DNA of 64,000 nucleotides from an uncultured Chlorobiaceae bacterium (GTDB taxonomy: Bacteria > Bacteroidota > Chlorobiia > Chlorobiales > Chlorobiaceae): assembly GCA_903994365.1 (NCBI GenBank), contig CAJEXL010000001.1, positions 103,419 through 167,418 of the forward strand, read 5' to 3'. Positions within the stretch are counted from its first letter, which is position 1, and the number at the start of each line of letters is the position of its first letter. Shown piece after piece: positions 44,758 to 57,269 of this stretch. A model generated the notes under the pieces. It saw nothing but the letters and a program-made list of their open reading frames with translations. It had not been told where the DNA came from and made no database searches. The translations under genes were made by a program, and so were the position numbers.

Positions 44758-46181
44758 AGGGTGTATTGCGGAGTAATGATTTTCGTGAACTTGGCGAGGT
44801 TATTGTTTCCAGGGGGGGCTCTCCGCCAGTTGAGATTGTGGAGCCGAATGTGGCCATTGATTCAAGGGAGATAACGGAGGGAGCCATTTTTGTCGCACTG
44901 AAGGGAGAGCAGAGGGATGGGCACTGCTATACTGATATGGCCTTTGGGAAGGGCGGGAGCTGGGCGATGGTCAGCCGTGAATGGTATGAGGCCGGGGGTT
45001 CACCGGAACCACCTGCGGGCAAAGGGTATATTGTGGTCACGGATCCTGTTGCGGGGTTGCAACAACTCTCAATACTCTATCGGAATACCTTTTCTCTCCC
45101 TGTGATTGCCATTGGCGGAAGTAATGGCAAGACCACAACCAAAGAGATGGTTGCCTCGGTTCTTGGCACCGGATTCAAGGTGTCGATGAGCCAGGGTAAT
45201 CGTAACAACCATCTCGGGGTGCCTCTCACTCTTTTGCAGTTCAGGCGCGATACCGATGTTGCCGTTGTTGAGGTGGGCATCAATCATCCTGGCGAGATGG
45301 GCGTGCTGGCTGGTATCGTCCGGCCGACCCATGCGCTCTTGACCAATATCGGCCATGAGCACCTTGAGTTTCTTCTTGATCTTGACGGTGTTGCCACTGC
45401 TGAAACGGAGCTGTTCGACTATATGCGTAACCATGGCGGCACTACTTTTGTCAATGTTGATGATTCTCGTCTCAGGGTTTCAGGCTCGGCCATTTCAGGG
45501 AGTTGTTTTTACGGAACGTCGGACTATCCTGACCGCTCCTGTTGGGCCAATGCTATTTCGGTTGAGCGGGATGGCCGACTCTCTTTTCTTTTAACCTCTC
45601 CAGCCGGAGCCGAACGGGTTACCCTGAATTTTACCGGCAGGCATAATGTTATCAATGCTGTTGCCGCCGCCTCTGTCGGCCTCCATTTCGGCCTTTCGTT
45701 GAGCCGGATTCGTGAAGGGCTCGAAGCCCTTGCTCCTGCTCCTGGCTGGAAACGGCTTGAGGTACTTGATGTGGCCGGTCTGAGGATTCTCAATGATACC
45801 TATAATGCCAATTCAGATTCCATGCGTCTGGCAATTGATGCGCTTTGTGATATGCCATGCGAAGGGCGAAGAGTGGCTGTGCTTGCGGATATGCTTGAGC
45901 TTGGAGCCGCAGGAGATGTTGAACATGAGCTCATTGGACGTTATCTTCACGATCGGTCAGTTGATACACTCTTTACCCTTGGCCAGAAGGCGCGGCTGAT
46001 TTGTCGGGAGAATCCGGACTCTTGCCGAGGCCATTTTGGGAGCCATGAGACACTTCTCGCTGCTCTGCTTGGTGAGTTGCGTGATGGCGATGCGGTGCTC
46101 TTCAAGGGATCAAGAGGAATGAAGCTTGAGGGTGTTGTTGACGCTCTTGTCAAAGAAAGAACCATAACCGGGCAACAATAA
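44748..46181 (+). CDS. murF: UDP-MurNAc-tripeptide--D-Ala-D-Ala ligase
   Basis: GSNGKTTTKE, NN..GVP, ND.YNAN..SM, M.ELG, KGSRG. Confidence 0.96.
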   Translation: MPVKGVLRSNDFRELGEVIVSRGGSPPVEIVEPNVAIDSREITEGAIFVALKGEQRDGHCYTDMAFGKGGSWAMVSREWYEAGGSPEPPAGKGYIVVTDPVAGLQQLSILYRNTFSLPVIAIGGSNGKTTTKEMVASVLGTGFKVSMSQGNRNNHLGVPLTLLQFRRDTDVAVVEVGINHPGEMGVLAGIVRPTHALLTNIGHEHLEFLLDLDGVATAETELFDYMRNHGGTTFVNVDDSRLRVSGSAISGSCFYGTSDYPDRSCWANAISVERDGRLSFLLTSPAGAERVTLNFTGRHNVINAVAAASVGLHFGLSLSRIREGLEALAPAPGWKRLEVLDVAGLRILNDTYNANSDSMRLAIDALCDMPCEGRRVAVLADMLELGAAGDVEHELIGRYLHDRSVDTLFTLGQKARLICRENPDSCRGHFGSHETLLAALLGELRDGDAVLFKGSRGMKLEGVVDALVKERTITGQQ

Positions 46182-46184
46182 GGT

Positions 46185-47291
46185 ATGCTTTACTATCTCC
46201 TTAAATACATTAATGATACGTTTGACCCTCCAGCGCTTCATGTGATTGAATATCTCACCTTCAGGGCGAGCGCTGCGGCTATAACGGCGCTCCTGATCAC
46301 GATTTTTGCCGGGCCTGTGTTTATCAGATATCTGAAATCCCGGTTTATTGAGCCAATCAAGGAGGAGGCGCCTCCAGAGCACAAAAAGAAAAAGCAGTTG
46401 CCAACCATGGGTGGGGTGCTCATTATCTTTTCCATAGAGATGTCCGTGCTGCTCTGGTCGAAGTTCATGGATCCTCATGTCTGGCTTATTATGCTGGCCG
46501 TTTTTTGGATGGGGGTCATTGGCTTTATTGATGACTACCGGAAGGTGGTGCTGAAGATCAAGGGAGGGCTTTCGGCTCGCTACAAGCTGATCGGTCAGGT
46601 CTCGCTCGGCCTGGTGATTGGCCTCTATACATGGTTTGATCCTGCTTTTTCGGTGTTGCTCTCTACCACAACGGTACCGTTTTTCAAGCATCTGACCATT
46701 GATTATGGCATTTTTTATATTCCGATCGTTATTTTTATTGTGACGGCAGTGTCGAACGCTGTGAATCTGACCGATGGGCTTGATGGGCTCGCTGCCGGAA
46801 GTTCTGCTATTGTGTTTATAGGTCTTGCCGGTTTTTCCTACCTTGCTGGAAATGCGGTCTATGCGGTCTATCTCAATATTCCCTTTATTCCTGGCGGAGG
46901 CGAGGTGGCTGTGGTGAGTATGGCCATTGTGATGTCTTGTGTTGGATTTTTGTGGTTTAATACCAATCCTGCCGAGATCATCATGGGTGATACCGGTTCG
47001 CTGGCTCTTGGCAGTGCTATTGGTGTTATTGCCCTGCTTATCAAGCAGGAGCTGCTTTTGCCGTTGATGGCCGGGATATTTTTTATCGAAACGCTCTCGG
47101 TTTCGTTGCAGGTACTCTATTTCAAGTACACGAGAATGATGACAGGAGAGGGGAAGCGCATCTTTTTGATGGCTCCGCTTCATCACCATTTTCAGTTAAA
47201 AGGGTGGGCTGAACAGAAGATCGTGATCAGGTTCTGGATTTTGACGATTCTCTTTTTTCTGGCAAGCCTCATGACCTTAAAACTCAGATAA
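46185..47291 (+). CDS. mraY: phospho-MurNAc-pentapeptide transferase
   Basis: [30 protein letters not shown]. Confidence 0.98.
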   Translation: MLYYLLKYINDTFDPPALHVIEYLTFRASAAAITALLITIFAGPVFIRYLKSRFIEPIKEEAPPEHKKKKQLPTMGGVLIIFSIEMSVLLWSKFMDPHVWLIMLAVFWMGVIGFIDDYRKVVLKIKGGLSARYKLIGQVSLGLVIGLYTWFDPAFSVLLSTTTVPFFKHLTIDYGIFYIPIVIFIVTAVSNAVNLTDGLDGLAAGSSAIVFIGLAGFSYLAGNAVYAVYLNIPFIPGGGEVAVVSMAIVMSCVGFLWFNTNPAEIIMGDTGSLALGSAIGVIALLIKQELLLPLMAGIFFIETLSVSLQVLYFKYTRMMTGEGKRIFLMAPLHHHFQLKGWAEQKIVIRFWILTILFFLASLMTLKLR

Positions 47292-47296
47292 CAATT

Positions 47297-48688
47297 ATGG
47301 ACATAAAGGGTAAAAAGGTATCGGTTATTGGTGCAGGAAAGAGTGGTCTTGCTGCTGCGGAGCTGCTTGTGCGTGAGGGGGCGAAGGTGTTTGTCAGCGA
47401 ATCGGGCACTATTGGTGAGAAGGGGCTGTTGCTTTTGAGCGAGATGCAGATTCCTTTAGAAGAGGAGGGGCATACTGATCGGGTGTATGATGCTGATTTT
47501 TGCGTTATCAGTCCGGGTATTCCTCCTTTTGCTCCAGTTGTAGAGCTCATGCAGGTACGAGGTATTCCTCTCTACAGCGAGATAGAGATAGCGAGCCTGT
47601 TTTGCCGTGCGAGGATTGTCGGTATTACCGGCACGGATGGAAAGACCACCACATCAACCATAGTCCATCGCATCTGCGAAGAGGATGGGCGTCGCAAAGG
47701 GTATCGGTCGTTCAGTGTCGGTAATATAGGGGTGCCTTTTTCGTCGATGGTCAGGCAGATGAGCGCTGGTGATGTTGCCGTGGTTGAACTGAGCAGTTAC
47801 CAGCTTGAGCGCTCCCCTTCCCTTAGGCCTGATGTTGCGGTTATCACCAATATTACGCCAGATCATCTTGGCCGTTATAATGGAGACCTGCGGCAGTATG
47901 CTGCGGCAAAGTTCAGGATCTATGCAAACCAGCGGCCTGAGGATACGCTTGTCTATAATGCGGATGATCCACTTCTGCATGCTCATTTTACTGCCGATAA
48001 TGCTCAATTTCCTTTCAGAATTTATCCTTTCGGGATGGAGCCGGATGTCCGGGGCGAGATTGATTGCCGTCTTGTTTTGCTTGATGGAGATACGGTTATT
48101 GTGCGTACGGATAATGGCGTTGAGCGGGTTATGGCCACTTCAGAGGTTCTCAAAAAAAGTTTCCGGGGGCGGCATAATATTTCGAATGTGCTGGCTGCAG
48201 TTTCAGTAGCAAGGGCGCTTGGTATCGGTAATGAACCACTCCTTGCTGCGCTCAGGTCGTTCCAGGGGGTGGAGCATCGTCAGGAGTTTGTCAAGAGTAT
48301 CGATGGCGTTGACTGGGTTAACGATTCAAAAGCTACAAACCTCAATGCGATGCGTCAGGCGCTTGAGTCACTCCCCTCCACCGCAGTGCTTATTGCCGGT
48401 GGCAGGGATAAAGGCAACGATTATGCGACTATTGCTGAGCTGGTCAGAGAGAAAATCTCGCTGCTGATTGCGATTGGAGAGTCTCAGGGAAAGATTGTCG
48501 CTGCTTTTGATGGTATTGTTCCTCTCAAGGCAGCGGGGTCACTGGAAGAGGCGCTTCTTGTTGCCCGTGAGGTGGCGGAGCCTGGCCAGAGCGTACTTTT
48601 TTCACCAGGGTGTGCAAGTTTTGACATGTTCGATAATTTTGAAGAGCGTGGCCGGCAGTTTAAAGAATGTGTTCATCGTTTACACTGA
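47297..48688 (+). CDS. murD: UDP-MurNAc-L-Ala--D-Glu ligase
   Basis: SPGI, GT.GKTTT, GNIG, ELSSYQL, NDSKATN, SP.CASFD.F.NFEERG. Confidence 0.97.
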   Translation: MDIKGKKVSVIGAGKSGLAAAELLVREGAKVFVSESGTIGEKGLLLLSEMQIPLEEEGHTDRVYDADFCVISPGIPPFAPVVELMQVRGIPLYSEIEIASLFCRARIVGITGTDGKTTTSTIVHRICEEDGRRKGYRSFSVGNIGVPFSSMVRQMSAGDVAVVELSSYQLERSPSLRPDVAVITNITPDHLGRYNGDLRQYAAAKFRIYANQRPEDTLVYNADDPLLHAHFTADNAQFPFRIYPFGMEPDVRGEIDCRLVLLDGDTVIVRTDNGVERVMATSEVLKKSFRGRHNISNVLAAVSVARALGIGNEPLLAALRSFQGVEHRQEFVKSIDGVDWVNDSKATNLNAMRQALESLPSTAVLIAGGRDKGNDYATIAELVREKISLLIAIGESQGKIVAAFDGIVPLKAAGSLEEALLVAREVAEPGQSVLFSPGCASFDMFDNFEERGRQFKECVHRLH

Positions 48689-49893
48689 TGCTGACTCCTG
48701 ATAACATTCGCAACTCCTCTCTCCCCCCGGTAACAGAGCTGCTTGAATCGCCCTCAATCGGTGAGGTGATTGCTGGCAAACTGTTGATGCTTATCGTTTT
48801 TTTGCTGATGTGTATCGGTATCGTCATTGTCTATAGTAGTGGAGCAGGATGGGCGGTGACAAAGTACTCAAGTTCTGAATATTTTCTTTGGCGGCAGCTC
48901 ACCTTTGCGGTGCTCGGAAGTTTCACCGTTCTGCTTGTTTCACAGATGGATTACCATGTGTTCTGGAAGATGAGCAAGATTATTCTTTTTGCCAGCATTA
49001 TTCTGCTGACGCTGCTTCTGGTTATGAAGGTTGTTGGCCTCATCTCCGGTGCGGCGCGATGGATAGGTTTCGGGCCGATTAAATTTCAGGTGTCGGACTT
49101 TGCCAAGTATGCCATTATTTTCCATTTTTCCCGTCTTATCACCGAAAAACAGTCCTACATAAGGGATTTGAATAACTCCTATTATCCACTACTGACGCTT
49201 TTGATGACGGTTGTAGCCTTGGTGGCCCTTGAACCCAACTTCAGCACGGCATCGCTTATTGCGATTATTGGCTTTATGCTTATGTTTATCGGTGGGGTCA
49301 ATATCCGTTATCTCTTGACTACCTTTTCACTGCTGATACCCATTGCCGGAGTCTTTGCTATTGCAGCACCCTATCGGGTTGCTCGCTTGCTCTCTTTTTT
49401 CAGCGGAGATGAAAAAGGGTTGAGCTACCAGGTTGCGCAGGCGTTGATTGGTTTGGGAAATGGTGGGCTGCTGGGTCTCGGTATCGGGGCAAGCAAGCAG
49501 AGGGATCTCTATCTTCCGCTCTCCTACAATGACTTTGTTTTTGTCGTTATCGGAGAGGAGTACGGATTTGTAGGCGCCTTGGCTGTTATTGCGCTTTTTG
49601 CCGGTTTTTTTGTCTGTGGAATTATCATTGCCAAACATGCTCCTGATAGTTTTGGCAAATATGTGGCAAGCGGTATTACAACAGCAATCTCTCTCTTTGC
49701 CTTTATCAATATTGCAGTGGCCTGTCATCTTTTGCCGACAACCGGTGTCGCCCTCCCCTTTATAAGCTATGGAGGGACGGCGCTCCTTTTTAACTCACTT
49801 GGTGTAGGTATTCTTATGAGCATATCGCGGTACAAAAAGCGGGAGAGCCAGAAGGTTATCAGCCCTGATGGCACTGAAGGGAGAAGCGCGTGA
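48688..49893 (+). CDS. ftsW: SEDS peptidoglycan polymerase FtsW
   Basis: GA.RWI, Q.S.FAK, YQ..Q...G.G.GG, DF.F...[12 protein letters not shown]; TGATG overlap with murD. Confidence 0.96.
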   Translation: MLTPDNIRNSSLPPVTELLESPSIGEVIAGKLLMLIVFLLMCIGIVIVYSSGAGWAVTKYSSSEYFLWRQLTFAVLGSFTVLLVSQMDYHVFWKMSKIILFASIILLTLLLVMKVVGLISGAARWIGFGPIKFQVSDFAKYAIIFHFSRLITEKQSYIRDLNNSYYPLLTLLMTVVALVALEPNFSTASLIAIIGFMLMFIGGVNIRYLLTTFSLLIPIAGVFAIAAPYRVARLLSFFSGDEKGLSYQVAQALIGLGNGGLLGLGIGASKQRDLYLPLSYNDFVFVVIGEEYGFVGALAVIALFAGFFVCGIIIAKHAPDSFGKYVASGITTAISLFAFINIAVACHLLPTTGVALPFISYGGTALLFNSLGVGILMSISRYKKRESQKVISPDGTEGRSA

Positions 49894-50987
49894 AGGTACT
49901 TTTTGCAGGCGGAGGAACGGGAGGTCATTTATATCCGGGCATTGCCATGGCTGGAGAACTCAGAAAGATTTTGCCGAATGTGGAGATCTCTTTCGCTGGA
50001 ACAACCAGTGGCATTGAGGCGACGGAGGTACCAAGGCTTGGTTATAAGCTTCACCTGATTCCAGTCAGAGGTCTGAAACGGGGCCGATCGTTGGTCAATG
50101 TTGTTGCTAATCTTGGTGTGCTTGCTGATTTTGCCGCTGCTCTGGGCCGAGCTGTTGCTCTGGTTCATCGTGAGGCCCCCGATGTTGTTGTGGGTACCGG
50201 TGGATTTGTGAGTGCGCCACTGCTTCTGGCGGCCCAGCTTATGCGGAAAAAAACACTTATCCAGGAACAGAATGCCTTTCCGGGTGTGACGACAAAACTG
50301 CTTGCAGCGCTTGCCAGTGAGGTGCATCTCTCTTTTGAGGATGCCCGTCGATTTCTTCCAAAAAACCGGCGGATTTTTGTTTCCGGCAATCCTGCGAGAT
50401 CGTTTGAGGTCGAAGATCTGTCTCATGCGCGTGCTCGTTTTGGCTTGCGTGAAGAGCGCCCGACCCTGCTGGTGTTCGGAGGGAGCAGGGGCGCTCGCGC
50501 CATCAACAATGCAGTGCTTCGGCACCTTGGCGAGATTACGGCTTCATCAAACCTGCTCTGGCAGACTGGCGCGCTTGATTATGAGCGCATCAGGGGGTTG
50601 GTGGCGTCTTCACCTCACCTTTGGATTGCTCCTTATATTGAAGAGATGGGTGCGGCATACAGCATAGCCGCTCTTGTGCTTTGTCGCGCAGGGGCCTCAT
50701 CCATTGCCGAATTGACCAATCTTGGCAAGCCGTCGGTTCTTGTTCCCTATCCGTTTGCTACTGGAGATCATCAGCGACACAATGCGAAAGCCTTGGTGAC
50801 GGGAGGTGCGGCTCTCGTGGTTGAGGATGACTCTCTTGGCGATGAGGGTGCGATAAAAAATATTCTTGCATTATTGAATAATCCCGGAAAATTGCGGATC
50901 ATGGGTGATGCTTCGCGGAAATTGGCCTATCCTGATGCGGCCCATCAGCTTGCACTGCGTATTATTGCGCTTGCTCAAAAACATTAA
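49890..50987 (+). CDS. murG: lipid II GlcNAc transferase
   Basis: GGGTGGH, EQNA.PG, GNP, GGS.GA, RAGASS.AE, HQ..NA. Confidence 0.97.
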   Translation: MKVLFAGGGTGGHLYPGIAMAGELRKILPNVEISFAGTTSGIEATEVPRLGYKLHLIPVRGLKRGRSLVNVVANLGVLADFAAALGRAVALVHREAPDVVVGTGGFVSAPLLLAAQLMRKKTLIQEQNAFPGVTTKLLAALASEVHLSFEDARRFLPKNRRIFVSGNPARSFEVEDLSHARARFGLREERPTLLVFGGSRGARAINNAVLRHLGEITASSNLLWQTGALDYERIRGLVASSPHLWIAPYIEEMGAAYSIAALVLCRAGASSIAELTNLGKPSVLVPYPFATGDHQRHNAKALVTGGAALVVEDDSLGDEGAIKNILALLNNPGKLRIMGDASRKLAYPDAAHQLALRIIALAQKH

Positions 50988-50999
50988 AGAATTGGACTC

Positions 51000-52391
51000 A
51001 TGGAACTGGGAAGAACAAAAAGTGTTCATATTGTAGGTATAGGCGGAGCTGGCATGAGCGCCATTGCGGAGCTGCTCCTCAAGTCAGGTTTCGGAGTAAC
51101 TGGTTCTGACCTCTTGTCAGGAGAGGTGACCGACAAGCTGGTTGAACATGGGGCAATAATTTATCGTGGTCACCGGGCCGAGCAGGTCGCCTCGTGTGAT
51201 GTGGTGGTCTACTCCTCTGCGATCAGGCCGGAGGAGAATATTGAAATTATTGCCGCCCGAAAAGCGGGTATTCCGGTTATCAAGCGGGACGAGATGCTTG
51301 GCGAGCTTATGCGCTATAAATATGGAATATGTATCTCGGGTACCCACGGCAAGACGACCACGACAGCGATGATAGCCACCATGCTTATCGAATCGGGGGA
51401 GTTGCCGACCGTCATGATTGGAGGTATATCGGACTATCTGAAAGGGAGCACGGTTGTTGGTGAGGGTAAATACATGGTTATTGAGGCGGATGAGTATGAC
51501 CGTGCTTTTCTGAGGCTTACCCCGACCATTGCCATTGTCAACAGCCTTGAATCAGAGCATCTGGATACCTATGGAACGCTGGATGAGCTGAAAAAGGCCT
51601 TTATTGCCTTCGCCAATAAAGTGCCTTTTTACGGGCGGGTCATCTGTTGTGTTGACTGGCCGGAGATCCGAAAGATTATTCCGTTGATGAACCGTCTCTA
51701 CACCACCTTCGGAATTGATGAGCCTGCGGATGTTATGGCTTCTGATCTGCTTCTTGAAAAAGAGCGAGCCATCTTCACGGTAAAGGCTTATGGTCATGTG
51801 TACCGCGATGTTTGTATCAATGTTCCGGGGCGTCACAACGTGCTCAATGCTCTGGCGGCCTTTTCCGCAGGAGTGGAGTTGGGAATTCTGCCTGAAAAAC
51901 TTATTGCCGGATTAAGTCGATACACCGGAATGAGGAGAAGATTCCAGGTGAAATACAGCAATAATGAGGGGCTGATGGTGGTAGACGATTACGCGCATCA
52001 CCCCTCGGAGGTTAAAGCGACGGTCAGAGCTGCAAAAAGTGGATGGCGTGACTCCAGGGTCGTGGCAATTTTTCAGCCACACCTCTTTTCCCGTACGAGG
52101 GAGTTTGCCGATGAATATGGTTGGGCGCTCTCACGGGCAGATATGGTTTATGTTGCCGATATCTATCCTTCACGTGAGAAGGCGGCTGATTATCCCGGTG
52201 TCGGGAGCGAATTGGTTGCTGCGGCAGTTCGAAAGGCAGGGGGAAAGCATGTTGCGTATATCGATGACCAGGAGGCTCTGTTTTCGGCAATCATGGAGCA
52301 GGCTGTCAACGGGAATATGCTCCTTTTTATGGGAGCCGGAGATATTACCCATCTTGCATCAAGGGTTGCTGAATCCTGCAAGTCATTGTGA
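51000..52391 (+). CDS. murC: UDP-MurNAc--L-Ala ligase
   Basis: [34 protein letters not shown]. Confidence 0.97.
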   Translation: MELGRTKSVHIVGIGGAGMSAIAELLLKSGFGVTGSDLLSGEVTDKLVEHGAIIYRGHRAEQVASCDVVVYSSAIRPEENIEIIAARKAGIPVIKRDEMLGELMRYKYGICISGTHGKTTTTAMIATMLIESGELPTVMIGGISDYLKGSTVVGEGKYMVIEADEYDRAFLRLTPTIAIVNSLESEHLDTYGTLDELKKAFIAFANKVPFYGRVICCVDWPEIRKIIPLMNRLYTTFGIDEPADVMASDLLLEKERAIFTVKAYGHVYRDVCINVPGRHNVLNALAAFSAGVELGILPEKLIAGLSRYTGMRRRFQVKYSNNEGLMVVDDYAHHPSEVKATVRAAKSGWRDSRVVAIFQPHLFSRTREFADEYGWALSRADMVYVADIYPSREKAADYPGVGSELVAAAVRKAGGKHVAYIDDQEALFSAIMEQAVNGNMLLFMGAGDITHLASRVAESCKSL

Positions 52392-52442
52392 TGGGCTGTA
52401 CAGATTAAGCTGCGGTTGTTATGAAAGAAAAAAGATTGTTTT

Positions 52443-53309
52443 ATGCCTGATTCCGAATCGAGGGACTATCCAGATTATCTCACGGAGCCCATGCCCCCGG
52501 AATCACCGCTCACTGCCGTTCCGAGCCATGCTGGCCGGAGGTTTGTGCTGTTATTTATTATCATGGCCGTCGTTGTTGCACTGGCAGGCTTGGCAACCTC
52601 AGCCTCACGATGGAAAAAAGAGGTGGTTGTGCGTGGTTTTGTTGTGGATGGGGAGTCGATTATTCCTGAACGCGAGTTATTGTCACGCATGGCAGAGTAT
52701 AAAGGGACAAATCTTCAGGGGCTTGATACCAATGAGCTAAAACTGCGGATTATGGTTCTTCCTTATCTTCGGGATGCGGTGATTACCAAGGAACTGAACG
52801 GCACCGTTCGTGTCAAAGTTGTAGAGCGGGAGCCTGTTGCGCTGGCACTTCTTGGCAGCAGTATCATGGTTATCGATCGGCAAGGATCTCTTCTTCCCTG
52901 GAGAAAAGAGGTTGCCAGCCGTTTTCCTGATCTTTTTTCAATTGGCGGAATAAGCCGGTTGACCATTAATGAGAATGGTCTTCAGCAACTTGACCGGCGG
53001 GATGTTGCTTTGATCCTTCAATTTCTTGATGCTCTTTCAAAGACAGATTATGCAAGCCTGCTCATCAGGGAATTGCATCTTGCGTCGAACAACTTGAGCT
53101 GGTGTATTGCTGTTCAGGAGCCAGCCCGGTTTATTATTGGTAATGATGGCAACTTTAAGGAAAAGTTGAAAAAATTTGAGATATTCTGGCAAAAGGTTGT
53201 TTCAAAAAAAGGGTTTGGCTTTTATGACACGGTTGATCTGCGGTTCAGAGAGAGGATCTTTACAACGCGTCCTCCTTCTCCAGAGGTAAAACCGGGTCTT
53301 CCCCAGTGA
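52443..53309 (+). CDS. ftsQ: cell division protein FtsQ/DivIB
   Basis: TM segment plus POTRA-like region, V.ER.P, DLRF; precedes ftsA. Confidence 0.85.
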   Translation: MPDSESRDYPDYLTEPMPPESPLTAVPSHAGRRFVLLFIIMAVVVALAGLATSASRWKKEVVVRGFVVDGESIIPERELLSRMAEYKGTNLQGLDTNELKLRIMVLPYLRDAVITKELNGTVRVKVVEREPVALALLGSSIMVIDRQGSLLPWRKEVASRFPDLFSIGGISRLTINENGLQQLDRRDVALILQFLDALSKTDYASLLIRELHLASNNLSWCIAVQEPARFIIGNDGNFKEKLKKFEIFWQKVVSKKGFGFYDTVDLRFRERIFTTRPPSPEVKPGLPQ

Positions 53310-53330
53310 TAATAAGGTAAGAGTAGAACA

Positions 53331-54632
53331 ATGCTGAAAAGCAATATTGCGGTTGGTCTTGATATAGGAACGACGAAGGTGTGCGTTGTGGTGGCCGAAA
53401 AGGATGAGATCGGCAAGCTTAATGTTCTTGGAAAAGGTCGTTCTAATTCTGATGGCCTCCAGCGGGCTACGGTTGTCAATATCAACAAGACGGTTGCGGC
53501 TATAAGGGCAGCAGTTGCTGATGCTGAGCGAGAATCCTCTATTCGTATTCATGGTGTTGATGTCGGTATCTCCGGAGCGCATGTTCACTGTATTCACAGT
53601 AACTCTGAAATCAGTATCAACCAGACTGGAATTGTCAATGAGTCGGATGTGAAGCGGTTTTTGGAGAAGGCGAAGACCAATATCCGATATCTTGATATAG
53701 ATCATGAAATTATTCATGTGATCCCACAGGAGTTCATTGTTGACGACCAGGAGGGACTTCTTGATCCGATAGGTATGGCAGGGACGACCATGCGAGGGAG
53801 CGCCTATATTGTTGTCGGTCTGAGAACAAAAATTCGAAATATCAGGCAGTGCGTCGAAAAGGCAGGTCTGGAGATCAGCGCAATTACCTTTGAGCCTGTT
53901 GCTTCGGGTATAGCTGTCATGAAAGAGCGTGAGAAGAAGAGTGGCGTTGTTGTTATTGATATTGGTGGAGGTACAACTGAAGTTGCCATCTATATTGATG
54001 GAGCTATTCGCTATTCAGAGGTTATCAAGGTTGCGGCCAATGACGTTACTCATGATATTGCCCATGGTGTCAGGGCGCTCTACGAGGTCGCTGAAGATCT
54101 CAAAATAAAGCATGGCTGTGCCTACAACAAGCTGAGTGGAGAGGATGAAGAGCTTCTTATAGAGGGAATCGAAGGGCGTCCACAGAAATCCGTGCCAAAA
54201 AGTTCGTTGACGATGATCATTGAGGCGAGGATGATGGAGATTCTGGAACTTGTCCGTGATTCAGTCAAACGTTCGGGCTATTACGAGTATCTTAACGCTG
54301 GCGCAATTATAACAGGAGGCGGGTCACTTCTGCCAGGAACGGAGGAGTTGACTCATGATATTCTTGGCCTTGATGTTCGAATAGGTTACCCGGAAGGGGT
54401 TTCAGGAGGGATCAAAGGCTCGGTTAATAACCCTATGTATGCAACAGTTATGGGTCTTGTCGCTCATGCCTTTCAGAATAACCTCGCGGTGAATCAAAGT
54501 TTTGCTGCAACAGCAGAGGTTCTGCCGGGTGAAGTTACCTCAGGCTCAGAGGAGCAGTCAGAGGCGCATGAACAGACTCCTGCGGGGAAAAAGATTGTAG
54601 ACCGTGTGAAAAGATTTTGGGATAATCTCTGA
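53331..54632 (+). CDS. ftsA: cell division protein FtsA
   Basis: GLDIGTTK, DIGGGTT, AE..K..HG, TGGG. Confidence 0.97.
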   Translation: MLKSNIAVGLDIGTTKVCVVVAEKDEIGKLNVLGKGRSNSDGLQRATVVNINKTVAAIRAAVADAERESSIRIHGVDVGISGAHVHCIHSNSEISINQTGIVNESDVKRFLEKAKTNIRYLDIDHEIIHVIPQEFIVDDQEGLLDPIGMAGTTMRGSAYIVVGLRTKIRNIRQCVEKAGLEISAITFEPVASGIAVMKEREKKSGVVVIDIGGGTTEVAIYIDGAIRYSEVIKVAANDVTHDIAHGVRALYEVAEDLKIKHGCAYNKLSGEDEELLIEGIEGRPQKSVPKSSLTMIIEARMMEILELVRDSVKRSGYYEYLNAGAIITGGGSLLPGTEELTHDILGLDVRIGYPEGVSGGIKGSVNNPMYATVMGLVAHAFQNNLAVNQSFAATAEVLPGEVTSGSEEQSEAHEQTPAGKKIVDRVKRFWDNL

Positions 54633-54674
54633 TGAGCGAAAGAGAATAAGTGCGTTTTAACGTGGAGATGAACG

Positions 54675-55967
54675 ATGGCATTTGAGCTTGATCCAGGCCT
54701 GTTTGACAATGACCAGGGCAAGGGTGTGACGATAAGAATTGTCGGTGTTGGCGGTTGTGGCGGTAATGCGGTCAACAATATGATCGACCGAAAAATAAGT
54801 GGCGTTGAATATATAGTCTTTAATACGGATCGGCAGGCGCTTCTGAATTCGAAAGCCCCTCTCAGGGTGCAGATTGGGAAGAAGGCGACAAGTGGTCTTG
54901 GGGCGGGAGCCGATCCCGCCAAAGGACGACAGGCAGCCGAAGACGACAGGGAGATTATTGCGGCTCAGCTCCGTGGAGCTGACCTGGTCTTTATTGCGGC
55001 GGGCATGGGCAAGGGGACTGGGACAGGCGCTGCGCCGGTGATTGCCTCTATTGCAAGGAATATGGGGATACTTACCATTGGTGTTGTTACCCGGCCGTTT
55101 AACTTTGAGGGTCAGGTCAAATCGAAAATTGCCGATGGTGGAATCGCCGAACTGCGCAAATATATTGATACTCTTATTCTTGTCGAGAATGAGAAGATTC
55201 TCAGTATTGCCGAAGAGGGAGTAAGCGCAACTGAAGCATTCAATATGGCAAACGATGTTCTTTACAGGGCGGCAAAAGGTATTGCTGACATTATTACCCG
55301 GCATGGGCATGTCAATGTTGACTTTGCTGATGTTCGGAGTATTATGTCGGGAGCGGGTGATGCCGTTATGGGCTCTGCGGCTGCAGCAGGTGAACGCCGT
55401 GCGCTGAAGGCATCATCCGATGCAATCAACAGCCCCCTGCTTGAGGGAGTGTCGATAAAAGGGGCGAAAGGGGTTCTGGTCAACATTACGGGCCAGGTCA
55501 CCATGCGTGACATGTCGGATGCCATGAACTATATCGAAGAGCAGGTTGGCAGTGAAGCAAAGATTATTAACGGATATGTTGATGAGCCGCAGGTATCGGG
55601 TGAGATCAGGGTCACCGTTATCGTTACGGGCTTCAAACGAAAAGATCAGGATGATGGAAAGGCTCCTGCTGCGCGACGTCCTGTTGCCGCAGTGCCTGGT
55701 ATGAGATCTGGACAGCTTCCTGCCGCAGGTAGAAAGCCGGTTTCTCATTATCCTGAACGGCAGGAAGAGGATTTGCGAATTCCTGCCTATATCCGCAGGC
55801 AGATGTCGATCAATGACCCGCATGATGTGGGTTTGAGGAGCAATCATGCCCAGGAGGCTGATCACAGTTCGCTGCTTGCAGGGGACAGAGGAGAGCGAGA
55901 AAATATAATCCAGAAAGGTTTGTCAGACACTCCGGCATACCTTCGTCGGAAAAATAACGGAAATTAA
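54675..55967 (+). CDS. ftsZ: cell division protein FtsZ
   Basis: GVGG.GGNA, AGMG.GTGTG, NVDFADV, C-terminal PAYLR peptide. Confidence 0.98.
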   Translation: MAFELDPGLFDNDQGKGVTIRIVGVGGCGGNAVNNMIDRKISGVEYIVFNTDRQALLNSKAPLRVQIGKKATSGLGAGADPAKGRQAAEDDREIIAAQLRGADLVFIAAGMGKGTGTGAAPVIASIARNMGILTIGVVTRPFNFEGQVKSKIADGGIAELRKYIDTLILVENEKILSIAEEGVSATEAFNMANDVLYRAAKGIADIITRHGHVNVDFADVRSIMSGAGDAVMGSAAAAGERRALKASSDAINSPLLEGVSIKGAKGVLVNITGQVTMRDMSDAMNYIEEQVGSEAKIINGYVDEPQVSGEIRVTVIVTGFKRKDQDDGKAPAARRPVAAVPGMRSGQLPAAGRKPVSHYPERQEEDLRIPAYIRRQMSINDPHDVGLRSNHAQEADHSSLLAGDRGERENIIQKGLSDTPAYLRRKNNGN

Positions 55968-55976
55968 AAAAGGTTT

Positions 55977-57269
55977 ATGCACTATTGTACGCTTTCCGCA
56001 GAGGATGCGGTAGCAAAAATCAAGTCAGGTGACAGGGTATTTTTGCATACTGCGGCAGCAACGCCGCAACGGTTGATTGATGCCATGGTTCAGAGGGCCG
56101 GCGAGTTAAAAAATGTTGAAATTGTCAGTCTTCACACTGAAGGCGAGGCTGCTTATGCAAGGCCGGAGTATCGGGAAAGCTTCAGGCTCAATGCGTTGTT
56201 TGTTGGGAAAAATGTAAGACAATCTGTTCAACAAGGAGATGGCGATGCCATTCCTGTGTTTTTGAGCGATGTCCCTTCCCTTTTTTACGACCGAATTTTG
56301 CCGCTTGATGTCGCACTTGTTCATGTCTCTCCTCCCGACAGGCATGGCTACTGCTCGCTTGGGGTTTCGGTTGATGCCACTCTTGCGGCTGTGCAGTCTG
56401 CCAGGCTCGTTATTGCCCAGGTGAACCCGCAGATGCCTCGTACGCACGGTGAAGGATTGCTTCATGCCAGTAAAATCCATGGGATGGTTGAGGTGAATGA
56501 TCCTCTTCCCGAGACTCCGCGCCATGTTCTCGAAGATGTTGAAATTCGCATTGGCCGTCATATAGCCTCCATTGTTGAGGATGGCGCAACATTGCAGATG
56601 GGTATCGGTGCAATTCCTGATGCCACCCTTGCTGCGCTTTCCGGACACAGGGATCTGGGTATTCATTCTGAGATGTTCTCGGATGGAGTGATTGATCTTG
56701 TAGAAAAAGGGGTGATCAATGGCAGCAAGAAGCTGAGTCATCGGGAGATTATTGTCGCCAGTTTTCTCGTTGGCACCCGGCGGCTCTATGATTTTGTTGA
56801 CGATAATCCTCTTGTTGAGATGCTTCCTTCCGATTATGTCAATGATACGCGGGAGATAAGGAGAAATCCCCGGGTCACAGCGATTAACAGTGCACTCGAA
56901 ATTGATATGTCTGGCCAGGTTTGTGCCGACTCAATCGGGCAAAAATATTTCTCAGGTGTAGGCGGGCAGATGGATTTTATTCGCGGGGCAGCTCTCTCCA
57001 AGGGAGGCAAACCGATTATTGCACTACCATCAACTACCAAACATGGACTTTCCAGGATTGTTCCGCAGCTTAAGCCAGGGGCTGGAGTTGTTACCACGAG
57101 GGCCCATGTTCAGTATGTCGTAACCGAGTTCGGTATTGTTAACCTCCATGGCAAAAATCTCCGTCAGAGAGCGGAAGCGCTTGCAAGTATAGCTCATCCC
57201 GATTTCAGGGAGGAGATATCTCGTCAGGCCCATGAGCTCTATGGCTCTTACGGCAGGCGTTTTATGTAA
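55977..57269 (+). CDS. acetyl-CoA hydrolase/CoA-transferase family protein
   Basis: TLQMGIG.IP, GIHSEM, SG.GGQ.DF.RGA, VVTE.G...L.GK....RA..L..IAHP.FR. Confidence 0.93.
   Translation: MHYCTLSAEDAVAKIKSGDRVFLHTAAATPQRLIDAMVQRAGELKNVEIVSLHTEGEAAYARPEYRESFRLNALFVGKNVRQSVQQGDGDAIPVFLSDVPSLFYDRILPLDVALVHVSPPDRHGYCSLGVSVDATLAAVQSARLVIAQVNPQMPRTHGEGLLHASKIHGMVEVNDPLPETPRHVLEDVEIRIGRHIASIVEDGATLQMGIGAIPDATLAALSGHRDLGIHSEMFSDGVIDLVEKGVINGSKKLSHREIIVASFLVGTRRLYDFVDDNPLVEMLPSDYVNDTREIRRNPRVTAINSALEIDMSGQVCADSIGQKYFSGVGGQMDFIRGAALSKGGKPIIALPSTTKHGLSRIVPQLKPGAGVVTTRAHVQYVVTEFGIVNLHGKNLRQRAEALASIAHPDFREEISRQAHELYGSYGRRFM

Noticed and set aside
46110-47189. 359-aa ORF antisense to mraY (and similar shadows across dcw and atp genes)
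   Set aside because: Antisense of conserved genes; no independent features.
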